Positions 19,422-28,271 of a DNA stretch of 64,000 bases are shown here, piece after piece. The notes beneath the pieces were generated by a model. It did not search any database, was not told the origin of the DNA, and worked only from the letters and a program-made list of their open reading frames with translations. Position 1 is the first letter of the stretch; the number at the start of each line of letters is the position of its first letter. Location: positions 37,890-101,889 of the forward strand of contig JBHLSH010000003.1 in assembly GCA_048881705.1 (NCBI GenBank). The letters run 5' to 3'. Both the position numbers and the translations under genes were made by a program. This DNA comes from Candidatus Heimdallarchaeota archaeon. Its GTDB lineage: Archaea; Asgardarchaeota; Heimdallarchaeia; Hodarchaeales; Hodarchaeaceae.

Positions 19422-20132
19422 TTACTTTCCTGCCATTAGACGTTCAACGAGCTCTTTCGACATTTCTTCTGGAAGGTTTTTCTGGATGTGCATAATTGTT
19501 TGGGTGGGATCGTACTCGAGGCGTCGGAAAGTTATATCATGTTGGGAGGAATCGTAGATCGCATATGAGGCACGAGCATCTCCATCTCGAGGTTGGCCAA
19601 CACTTCCAGGATTACAGATGATTCGACCCTCCAATTCTGCCTTAAACGGAACGTGAGTGTGACCTAGGAACAGTACGTCAACATTTAACATCTTCATGTA
19701 AGAGAATGTACTGTGAAGATCCTCCTTATTGTTTGGATAAATATATTGGTCATAGGGATACTCTGGGCCGGCATGGATCAACATGATATTCTTATCGCCA
19801 CAATTGGTTGTTACCTGAGTAGGAAGATCATTCAGGATTTTGCGTTCTCGAACGGTTAGGAGACCATGGGTTATTGTCAATGGTTGATGTGACTCATCTC
19901 GGTAATGTTCTGGTACATCGCCTGTAATAGCCGCTACATCATGATTTCCCTTTATCACTATTTCGCATCGACCCAATACAAGGTGAATGACTGGAATCGG
20001 TTCAGCAAAGTATCCTACAAGATCTCCCAGGCAAAAAATCCTCGAAATCCGCTGTACATGTATATCAGCCAAAACGGCTCTGAGCGCGCTCAAATTTGCA
20101 TGTATGTCTGAAATGACAGCCACAGGAGGCAT
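19422..20132 (-). CDS. Calcineurin-like metallophosphoesterase
   Basis: SDIHAN, LGDLVGY, GNHD, GHTH, NPGSVGQPRDG. Confidence 0.92.
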   Translation of the reverse strand: MPPVAVISDIHANLSALRAVLADIHVQRISRIFCLGDLVGYFAEPIPVIHLVLGRCEIVIKGNHDVAAITGDVPEHYRDESHQPLTITHGLLTVRERKILNDLPTQVTTNCGDKNIMLIHAGPEYPYDQYIYPNNKEDLHSTFSYMKMLNVDVLFLGHTHVPFKAELEGRIICNPGSVGQPRDGDARASYAIYDSSQHDITFRRLEYDPTQTIMHIQKNLPEEMSKELVERLMAGK

Positions 20133-20302
20133 GGTTTATTCCTTAAACACGTTTAACTTGAAGAACGCATGGTTTATGGCCCGAAGGAACTTCAAACAGA
20201 AAGTAAATCATTATCCCAAGAGAGCCAAAAATGCCCTAAAGGTTTCTGTTTGATTGAATTTTCTTTCGAGCTTATCCCAAATTTCAACAAAATCAGTTTC
20301 AT

Positions 20303-21109
20303 TTAATTGATCGAGTGACCTACCGCTAAATTTCCATCGAGAGATCGTGCCAGCCTTCGCCAATCTGTTCCTATCCCCAAAATTGCATAGAAAAAATGAA
20401 TATGTGCTTCTTTTTCTTCAGTGATTTGCAACAACAGATCGATAAAACCTCCTCTACGGATATAATCGCTAACTAGTAGCAATTTCTTCCCTTGGATACC
20501 TTTTTTCCGAGATGTAAAATACACTTGAGAGATTAATTCATTATCAATAAAATAAGGGTAACTACGGAAACGAGAAGGTGGTTGATTCGGTGGACGGAAA
20601 GATATACTCCTCCATGGTATCCTCATCACAGTAGAAAAGGCAATAGCGATGGGAACCGCCTCGGGATGAGTTAAAATGGCATCAAACTTGTCATTCGGAA
20701 CCAGCTTTCGTTCCAGGGTGTGGAATACCAAAAGATTGATTCTTTCTGGATAGGAAAGAATGCCGTTGAGATCAATTAAAAGCGGAATTAACGTTTGATC
20801 AACTTCAATATACGGAAGGATGAGATCCCTTTCAATATTGAGCTCGCTCTTGAGGAAATCCAAGAAAAATACTTCCTTCTCAAGGGGAATCGACACTTCT
20901 CCTCTTAAATAACGGGAGAGCTGGGGATAGGAAAATTTCTTAGATTCTTGTCTTCCAAACTGTGCGATGGACAAATATAAAGCCCTTACTGATTTGAATC
21001 TTTTCAACAACAGCCTTAAACTTAGGAGAATCAAGCTTTTTCTATAACAACCTTCATATTCAGTCATGGAATAATCTTCCCTAAGATTACACAAATATGA
21101 ACAATACAT
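20303..21109 (-). CDS. HTH + phosphoribosyltransferase-fold protein (PurR-like regulator); start may be ATG 21067
   Basis: HTH-like YPQLSRYLRG. PRTase-like FDAILT...AVPIAIAFS and LLLVSDYIRRGG. Confidence 0.7.
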   Translation of the reverse strand: MYCSYLCNLREDYSMTEYEGCYRKSLILLSLRLLLKRFKSVRALYLSIAQFGRQESKKFSYPQLSRYLRGEVSIPLEKEVFFLDFLKSELNIERDLILPYIEVDQTLIPLLIDLNGILSYPERINLLVFHTLERKLVPNDKFDAILTHPEAVPIAIAFSTVMRIPWRSISFRPPNQPPSRFRSYPYFIDNELISQVYFTSRKKGIQGKKLLLVSDYIRRGGFIDLLLQITEEKEAHIHFFYAILGIGTDWRRLARSLDGNLAVGHSIN

Positions 21110-21234
21110 TGTTTTATGGGCAGAAAATATTTCCAGTTTTTTAAACTATGTCGTGAAAATGCAATATTCCTGATTGACACGTCTTTATTCAATAGTTAAG
21201 CTTTTTACCTATCCAACACTTAGACCTTTTCACC

Positions 21235-22002
21235 ATGTCTTCCGCTCAAAGTTCCCCTTCGAGGGATATAATCCTGGTGAGACAGGTGGCACTGGCCGCG
21301 ACTTTTACGGCCTTGGTTTTTTTGGCTACTTCCCTCTTTTACCTGGCTCTTGTTGCATCTTCTGGATTTTTCAATCTTGGAGAAGCTTTTGTTTATCTGG
21401 CTGCATTAATTGGCGGGCCCATAGTTGGTGCCGTGGCAGGAGGCCTTGGTTCCGCTATGGCTGATGCTTTTCTTGGTTATGGGACGTTTGTTCCAGCTAC
21501 TTTGTTCTTAAAAGGATTAGAAGGCTTTGTTGCGGGTTTCCTGTTTCAATATGGTAAAGAAGGAGATCCTCGTTTGCGTAGGATCATCCTCATTGGAGTA
21601 ACAGGATTTGTTATCCTATTCTCTGTATATGTTACAACTCCAGTGCTAAATGGAGTTCCTGAGTCAGTGAATGTCCAAGGAAGTTTTGTATTTGGCGATA
21701 GCGAATTTCCATTCTCTTTTCCAGGACTTATCCTCGTGATGATTTCCATAGTTCTCTCAGTAATTATCTGGTGGATAGAATTTCGATTGGGAAGTAAAGG
21801 CCAGATGGCCATTGCTTGTATAATAGCAGGCCCGATCATAATTGTAGGATACTTTTTGTATGAAGTCATGATCCTTTCAATCGCTCCAGAGGCTGCTCTT
21901 TCCGAAGTTCCGTTTAATATTGCCCAGGTGGTCTTTGGGACGTTAATTGCGGTTCCGATTGTAGCCTACTTAAAAGAACTCGGAATACTTCGTGAACCCT
22001 AA
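21235..22002 (+). CDS. ECF transporter S component
   Basis: GFFNLGEAFVYLAALIGGP.VGAVAGGLGSAMAD, KGLEG, EVPFNIAQ; followed by A, A' and T genes. Confidence 0.85.
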   Translation: MSSAQSSPSRDIILVRQVALAATFTALVFLATSLFYLALVASSGFFNLGEAFVYLAALIGGPIVGAVAGGLGSAMADAFLGYGTFVPATLFLKGLEGFVAGFLFQYGKEGDPRLRRIILIGVTGFVILFSVYVTTPVLNGVPESVNVQGSFVFGDSEFPFSFPGLILVMISIVLSVIIWWIEFRLGSKGQMAIACIIAGPIIIVGYFLYEVMILSIAPEAALSEVPFNIAQVVFGTLIAVPIVAYLKELGILREP

Positions 22003-22064
22003 GGCTATCGATCATCTAGGATGCTGCTGTAGCCCCTACAATATTTATTAGTTGGAGAAACCTA

Positions 22065-22877
22065 TTGCTCGAACTTAAGGACGTTTCCATGAAATATAAT
22101 GGTTCTTCAAGTTGGACCTTGAAGCATATATCCTTCTTGGCAAAGAAAGGTAATTTGGTGGTAGTTACAGGGGAAAGTGGTTCTGGAAAATCGACGTTGG
22201 CTAGTTTGATAATTCGATTGATACCTGATTTTATTTCTGCGGAAATTTTGGGAGAAATTTTGTACCATGGAACAAGTATTCACAATATACCCCGCACAGA
22301 ACTATTTGCTGCTTTTGGGTACGTTCCTCAGTACCCAGCTGACTATACTACCACAATGGTGGTAGAAGAAGAAATAGTATTTCCCCTTGAAAACCTGGGA
22401 TTATCTCGCGAGGAGATCTCTATCCGTCTAAACGATGTATTGAAAGAGTTGGAAATATCTCATCTACGGCATCGGCTTTTACTAGAGCTCAGTTCAGGGG
22501 AGCTACAGAAGATCGCGTTGGCAGCAGCGTTGGTAACAAGCCCAAAAATCCTTATCTTGGATGAACCCATGGCTAGGATTGATCCACGGTCTGAGATAAA
22601 ATTAGCCACGAAGCTCAAAAGTTTGGCAAGAAAGGGGATACTAGTTATTGCATTTGAACACAGACTGGACTATCTACTCGCAGAAGCAGATATGGTTATT
22701 GTTTTGAAAAACGGGAGAATCACTAACATTGGATCTCCCAAGGAAGTTGTATCGGGGATGAAAGACGTAGATATCCCAGAAATATCAACCCTAATTGTGG
22801 GTACCGAGCGGTCATATCCCCTGGCAATCGATGAGGCGATTGACATAATGAAGAACAATATAGAACTACAAAGGTGA
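22065..22877 (+). CDS. ecfA1: ECF transporter ATPase A
   Basis: GESGSGKST, YVPQYP, LSSGELQK, LDEP, EHR. Confidence 0.9.
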   Translation: MLELKDVSMKYNGSSSWTLKHISFLAKKGNLVVVTGESGSGKSTLASLIIRLIPDFISAEILGEILYHGTSIHNIPRTELFAAFGYVPQYPADYTTTMVVEEEIVFPLENLGLSREEISIRLNDVLKELEISHLRHRLLLELSSGELQKIALAAALVTSPKILILDEPMARIDPRSEIKLATKLKSLARKGILVIAFEHRLDYLLAEADMVIVLKNGRITNIGSPKEVVSGMKDVDIPEISTLIVGTERSYPLAIDEAIDIMKNNIELQR

Positions 22878-22881
22878 TTTA

Positions 22882-23658
22882 TTGGTTTCTGTCCAGACCC
22901 GTGACATCTGGTTCAGATACTCAGGCCACTCTGAGTTCATTTTAAAATCCGTATCATGGGGAGTTTCCAATTCACAATCGATTGGGGTATTGGGAACAAA
23001 TGGATCTGGGAAGAGTACTTTTTTACGCTTATTGGCCGGAATAATTACCTCAGAAAGAGGATCTGTATTAATCAATGGGAAAAAGGTTGTAGGGGTGGAA
23101 ACGACTCGTGGTCTTGTCAGTTTTGTACCTGAGAATGCAAAACTATTTTTGGTTGGGCCTACAGGTTTCCGAGACCTACTTCGAATAGATCCGGACCCAG
23201 ATAAAGTCAATCGACTCATAAACAAATATAAACTTACTGATATTATCAATTCAAAACTATACGCACTATCAGAAGGTCAACGAAGATTATTAGCTCTGTT
23301 TGCTGCGTTTCAGCTGCCCTGTCAAATACTATTATTCGATGAACCAACTATTGGCCTTGATACGAGTGGAAGACAGCTCTTCACTCAATTAGTCGGAGAT
23401 GCGACTCAGGCTGGAAAGATAGTATTCATTGCAACAAATGATTCCCGTTTGTTTTCTCATGTGGACAAAATCATTGTACTAGAGGGGGGAGGGATAAAAC
23501 TGAATGGAATGACACGGGATATCCTGTATCGTCTGGAAGGAGAATCAAATCTGGTTCCGTCTCAATTAGTTCGAACTGTTAAACGTCTTCAATCCTTATA
23601 CCCTAATTTTCCGTCTGTGTTACATATCGAGGAATTAAACTCAGTATTGTCGAGGTAG
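22882..23658 (+). CDS. ecfA2: ECF transporter ATPase A'
   Basis: GTNGSGKST, LSEGQRR, FDEPTIGLD. Confidence 0.88.
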   Translation: MVSVQTRDIWFRYSGHSEFILKSVSWGVSNSQSIGVLGTNGSGKSTFLRLLAGIITSERGSVLINGKKVVGVETTRGLVSFVPENAKLFLVGPTGFRDLLRIDPDPDKVNRLINKYKLTDIINSKLYALSEGQRRLLALFAAFQLPCQILLFDEPTIGLDTSGRQLFTQLVGDATQAGKIVFIATNDSRLFSHVDKIIVLEGGGIKLNGMTRDILYRLEGESNLVPSQLVRTVKRLQSLYPNFPSVLHIEELNSVLSR

Positions 23659-23666
23659 GGATAACA

Positions 23667-24365
23667 TTGTCTCATATGCTAAGAAGAATTCGCCAAGGCC
23701 TTCTATATCGTCCCGAGGCATTTCATCTTCACCCAGGATTGGGCCTGCTTATCCTCGTTATACAGTTTACGCTTCTAATTCGACAATCCCCCCTTCTACT
23801 CATCATCCTGGTTCTGATTACATTTCTGGAAAACTTGCTGGTCGGAAATCTGCGTGGGTCTCTTGAACTGATTTGGGGACTATTACCCCTTATGGTTCTT
23901 CTAGGTATCATTACTTTGCTTGTAGCAAATATAGGCAGCGTAATTACGCTAATCTTACGTTTGATATCAGGGGCTTTGATTTTTTCTTTCTTTTTTGTTG
24001 TCACAAACCCAGCAGACCTAACCCGGTTCTTGGAAAGACTAAAAATTCCCGCTCGCTGGGCTATTATTCCAAGTCTTGCCTTAACCCTGGTTCCTCGAAT
24101 AGCAAAGGATACAGAAGAAACATTCGAAGCTTTGACATTTAGGGGTGAATTATCGGGCAGGTTCTATAGATGGGCTCCCCGTGCCCTTGCGATTTTGGTT
24201 GCTTCTGCTCTTTATCGATCTGAACTGTTAGCTCAGGCTTTATACTACAAGGGTTTTGGTGTTAGATCGCGAAAGCATTATCGCTCAATATTAATAAGAA
24301 GATTGGACCTTATCAGATTCGGTTTGTGGATATTTATCCTATATGGGGCCATAACAGTATTTTAA
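23667..24365 (+). CDS. ecfT: ECF transporter T component (CbiQ-like)
   Basis: Multiple TM helices, TNPADLTRFLERLKIP, ALTFRG, ALYYKGF. Confidence 0.85.
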   Translation: MSHMLRRIRQGLLYRPEAFHLHPGLGLLILVIQFTLLIRQSPLLLIILVLITFLENLLVGNLRGSLELIWGLLPLMVLLGIITLLVANIGSVITLILRLISGALIFSFFFVVTNPADLTRFLERLKIPARWAIIPSLALTLVPRIAKDTEETFEALTFRGELSGRFYRWAPRALAILVASALYRSELLAQALYYKGFGVRSRKHYRSILIRRLDLIRFGLWIFILYGAITVF

Positions 24366-24369
24366 TGAG

Positions 24370-25071
24370 TTATTTGGGATGTGATAGCGGATTAGATTGA
24401 AGAAAAACGACCTGTTGATCTTTGATGCGAATAAACGAAAAATCAGCCATATGAATGAAAAAACCTGGGTAATTTTCATCTTCAAATTTCTTACCTAATA
24501 AAAGAAGAAAAATAACTGTAAAAGGGCCACCGTGGGCAACTATGCCAATTTTCTCCTTATCAAAATGAATGTGGGAATCAAAAAATCTCGTAAAACCGAT
24601 TTCTACACGGTTCCAGAATTCTTCTATGCTTTCTCCGCCAGGAAATTTATAATCCTTGCGCGTTATCAATAATCGAAATACTAAGGAAGAGGGAAACTCC
24701 CACCATCTCTGTGGGGGATGATATTCAACTGGATATTTCCGTAAGACATCGTGTTCCGACATCCCTCCCAGCTCCCCGAGATCAATTTCAGAACACCATA
24801 AATGCTCTTGGGGGTCGTGGAGAGGTGGCAGGCTTGGATTTTCTTTACAGATGATGGAAGCTGTTTGCCTAGCCCTTTTCAAAGGACTGGATATAAGTGA
24901 GTCCAAAGAATATCTTCTGAGAGCGAGTCCAAGGATCTTAGCTCGCTGAACGCCATGCTTACTTAATGGTGTTTGCGGATGAACCCAATGACCCGATAAG
25001 AAAGCGGGCTCAGCGTGACGGATTAAAAATAGGTCAAGATTAAGATTTTGTAGATCCATTGATGAAATCAT
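24370..25071 (-). CDS. Histidine phosphatase (phosphoglycerate mutase family)
   Basis: IRHAE, SSPLKRARQTA, EIDLG, GGES, AHGG. Confidence 0.9.
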   Translation of the reverse strand: MISSMDLQNLNLDLFLIRHAEPAFLSGHWVHPQTPLSKHGVQRAKILGLALRRYSLDSLISSPLKRARQTASIICKENPSLPPLHDPQEHLWCSEIDLGELGGMSEHDVLRKYPVEYHPPQRWWEFPSSLVFRLLITRKDYKFPGGESIEEFWNRVEIGFTRFFDSHIHFDKEKIGIVAHGGPFTVIFLLLLGKKFEDENYPGFFIHMADFSFIRIKDQQVVFLQSNPLSHPK

Positions 25072-25199
25072 CCTTCAGCTGTAAAGTCGATCGAATTAAG
25101 GTTCATCTGACGAGGGGAATAATCTTACCGGCTTATTTTTCTGGGGAACAAAAACCACAATTTGGACTCAAGTATATCAATCGGACCATATTAATGATT

Positions 25200-25991
25200 T
25201 CATCCTCGTGCTTTTCCCGATATTGATTCGTTTCGAGCACGCGCCTCATCAAGGATCTTTTGAGCTGCGCGGAGGTGTTGTTTTATTGTCAGCTGAGTAT
25301 AGGATGGAGTCGGTGATGCTAATAGTTGCATAACTCCGGAAATTCGGTAATTATTTCTAAGGAGAGAATCGATCAGTTCCCGATCAATTGACGGAAAAAG
25401 AAATGTAAAATGAATTATATTCTCAAAAGAAAAAACATAGCGCTCCCACAATTCCGACTGCTTGGGAAGATTTCTGATCACTTCTTCACGCCTTTTTTTC
25501 CAGTTCTCAGAGATCCCTTCTCTTAAACGATCAAGGAATTGATCAAGTAGTGTCTCTTCCTTGATGACTGTCCGCATAGTATGCATGATCGCCATGGGAT
25601 AATACGGAACCGCGTCTTGAACCGAATAATAGTCACGAACGTGCGTAGTAGAAAACGTAAAAGGAACGAGAAGAAAGAATCCGCTGGCGGCACCTATAAT
25701 TTCCTTGGAATCAGCATCCTCAAGCCAAATTGAAAAAAGTCTTGCGCTCCGCGGATCTATGTCAGGAATATCTTTTGACCAAGCATGTAGATTAGTAAAA
25801 TCAATAACCCATGGACCAAACATTTCGAATATCTTTGAAGTATCAACCTCTCGATCACCAAAATATCTCTCAATAGCGCTAGCTTGGTCGAATCTTATCA
25901 TCCTTTCAAGATCGATTGGGTCCTCTCTGCCGTCATGTATTATCAAGTTCAGACTTTGGGGTGTTCTTTTCATTGTATCCAACCGTAGCAA
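25200..25991 (-). CDS. Hypothetical protein, possibly GNAT-like fold
   Basis: 263-aa ORF filling the gap with no recognised motif; weak GNAT-like pattern (EIIGAASG...LLRNNYR). Confidence 0.6.
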   Translation of the reverse strand: MLRLDTMKRTPQSLNLIIHDGREDPIDLERMIRFDQASAIERYFGDREVDTSKIFEMFGPWVIDFTNLHAWSKDIPDIDPRSARLFSIWLEDADSKEIIGAASGFFLLVPFTFSTTHVRDYYSVQDAVPYYPMAIMHTMRTVIKEETLLDQFLDRLREGISENWKKRREEVIRNLPKQSELWERYVFSFENIIHFTFLFPSIDRELIDSLLRNNYRISGVMQLLASPTPSYTQLTIKQHLRAAQKILDEARARNESISGKARG

Positions 25992-26143
25992 ATAATCAAT
26001 TCGTATTTAGAGAGCTCAGATCAGTAATCTGTTGCCCGATAGGAAGAGGGATGCAAAATTATAAGGATGGGCAAAGACGTATTTAGGTTTTGGTCATAAG
26101 TATCAATGCAATAACAGGCACATGGGTCATATGATCCGTCTAA

Positions 26144-26175
26144 AAATAAAGAAAAAGGATTGATTGAAAAATCAA
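26144..26175 (-). terminator. Hairpin + U-rich terminator of hsp20
   Basis: TTGATT-gaaa-AATCAA inverted repeat (26160-26175). On the minus strand it is followed by TCCTTTTTCTTTATTTTT. Confidence 0.55.
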
Positions 26176-26189
26176 CCAATCTAGGGAAG

Positions 26190-26558
26190 CTACTCAACGC
26201 TTACGTCGAAAAATTCAAGCTTTTCCACCAATGGGACATCTATCAATAGCAGCCCATTTTTATATATGGCGTTAATGTTCTCTGTATCTATTGGCCGGCG
26301 AAAATCGAAGCGACGGTTGTATTTGACCTTCTCCTTTCCCGAGTCTTTATCTTTGTAGGTAGTTCCGATTTTTAAATGGTTGTTACTCGCCTTGATGCGG
26401 ATATTTTCTTTTTCAATTCCTGGCAGTTCGATATTAAATCGGTACAAGTTTTTATCTTCGTCGTAGTCGTATGTAGCTCTGGGTTTAAACCATCGTTGTT
26501 TACGTGCCCAAACAGGTGGAGCACAATAGTATCTAGGGTAATGCATAATTTTTTTCAC
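26190..26558 (-). CDS. hsp20: Hsp20/alpha-crystallin small heat-shock protein
   Basis: YRFNIELPGIEKENIRI...AIYKNGLLLIDVP. Confidence 0.9.
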   Translation of the reverse strand: MKKIMHYPRYYCAPPVWARKQRWFKPRATYDYDEDKNLYRFNIELPGIEKENIRIKASNNHLKIGTTYKDKDSGKEKVKYNRRFDFRRPIDTENINAIYKNGLLLIDVPLVEKLEFFDVSVE

Positions 26559-26950
26559 CTTTTGTTAATAAAATGGTCGTGTGAGTAGATATTATTAGAT
26601 CCTTTAAAATGACCTAGTCTAAGGTAAAACTCATAAATAAGGTGTAATTTCGAATTTCCAAGTGAATCCAATTAGAATTTAGGACAGAATAGTCTGCTTG
26701 ACAGGCAGAGAGTTCCTACCAACGTTATATTGCGAAGATGATTGTTAGTATTGGGAATCTTGGTACTTCTTCATCAACGGGACATAGGATCTACGTGACG
26801 AAAAACTGTGCATTTTTCGGTGTCTCTGAAGAATATAAGAGCCAAAAATAGCTTCTCCGTAATAATATGACAGAATCTCCCTTCTCGCCTCCTTTAAAGT
26901 AAGTTCAAAAATGACTACTCTAGGGTTGTATAAGGATCATCTAGTGATCT

Positions 26951-27886
26951 ATGGTGATTTTATTGACACTAACTCTACGAGTTAAAGAAATTCTATCCTG
27001 GTACAGCTCTGAGAATCCAGGAACGATACGTAACTTAGCTAGAATGTTAAATTTCGGAACTCTGGCAGGTACAGGAAAATTCGTAATATTACCCGTGGAT
27101 CAAGGATTTGAACACGGACCTGCTCGTAGTTTCGCTCCGAATTCAATGGGATATGATCCGCTTTACCATGCAGAATTGGCTTTGGATGCTGGTTGTAATG
27201 CGTATGCGGCTCCGTTAGGTTTCATAGAATCCGTTGCTCGTGAGTATCCCGAACTGCCGCTTATCTTGAAACTCAATAATGCTGATTCTCTTTACACGTC
27301 GCCTGATCCCGTCCCTGCGGTTACCGCCTCTACTGATGATGCCTTAAGGTTGGGGTGTTGTGCCATCGGTTATACGATATATCCGGGTTCAGCATTCCGA
27401 AATGAAATGTATGAAAAACTCCAATACCTGACTCAATCAGCCAAAGAAGTAGGTTTAGCCGTCGTTGTTTGGAGCTATCCGCGTGGCAGCGGCATCACGT
27501 CAAGGGAGGGTGAAACGGCCATTGATGTGGTTGCATATGCAGCCCAAATTGCGGCACAACTAGGGGCAAATATCATCAAAGTAAAACCTCCGAGCTCCTT
27601 CATTTATCAAGAGGCCGCTCGAAAAATCTATGATGAACAGAACATTCCCATCGGTACACTAACAGATCGAGTAACACACGTATTACAAGCTGCATTTAAC
27701 GGTAGACGGATTGTTATCTTTTCTGGCGGCGCAGCCAAAGGCCGAGAAGAAATTTTGCAAGAAATTCGTGAAATCCACAAGGGTGGTGGTTTCGGATCAA
27801 TTATAGGGAGAAATTCCTTTCAACGCCCAAAAGAAGAAGCTATATCTCTTCTCAATGAGATAATGGAGATTTACCGAACCGCCTAG
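26951..27886 (+). CDS. fbaB: Class I fructose-bisphosphate aldolase, FbaB/DhnA type (start may be TTG 26963)
   Basis: ILPVDQGFEHGP, GYTIYPGS, VVWSYPRG, Schiff-base region IIKVKPP, GSIIGRNSFQRP. Confidence 0.93.
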   Translation: MVILLTLTLRVKEILSWYSSENPGTIRNLARMLNFGTLAGTGKFVILPVDQGFEHGPARSFAPNSMGYDPLYHAELALDAGCNAYAAPLGFIESVAREYPELPLILKLNNADSLYTSPDPVPAVTASTDDALRLGCCAIGYTIYPGSAFRNEMYEKLQYLTQSAKEVGLAVVVWSYPRGSGITSREGETAIDVVAYAAQIAAQLGANIIKVKPPSSFIYQEAARKIYDEQNIPIGTLTDRVTHVLQAAFNGRRIVIFSGGAAKGREEILQEIREIHKGGGFGSIIGRNSFQRPKEEAISLLNEIMEIYRTA

Positions 27887-28271
27887 AAATTTCCATCTTT
27901 AGATGGGCAAGGCGATTCGCCTAAGTCTGCTAAGGTTTAGCTTACCGTCCTTTGAAAAAATACTCTTGCAACGTTTACAACAGTTAAACCAAAAGCTGCT
28001 TATCTTGGCTTATTTACATTGCCTTTTCCTAGTTGCCCCTTTACTTTAGAAATCGACTCCCGATTCAACAGTTCATTAAATCAAGATACCCTTTACCTTT
28101 TCATAGAAGCTAACCGATAGACAAGTCTCCTAATCGCATACATTCTCTATTCCCTCAGCATCAGATCTTGTCAAAAGGAATCAATCGTTCGATAGTGGTA
28201 TTGGAATTACTTTTAAAGCAATCTACGAATGCTGTACTCGGATGCGATAAAAAGGAACCTGAGATGGGATA

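Noticed and set aside
19422-20132. Vps29 (retromer) homolog beside a Rab-like GTPase
   Set aside because: Intact GNHD and NPGSVGQPRDG motifs and the 236-aa length fit ordinary PPP-like metallophosphoesterases better than Vps29.
26951-27886. Bacterial-type fbaB as a recent horizontally acquired island
   Set aside because: No flanking repeats, integrase, tRNA or visible compositional shift; an old transfer is possible but cannot be tested here.
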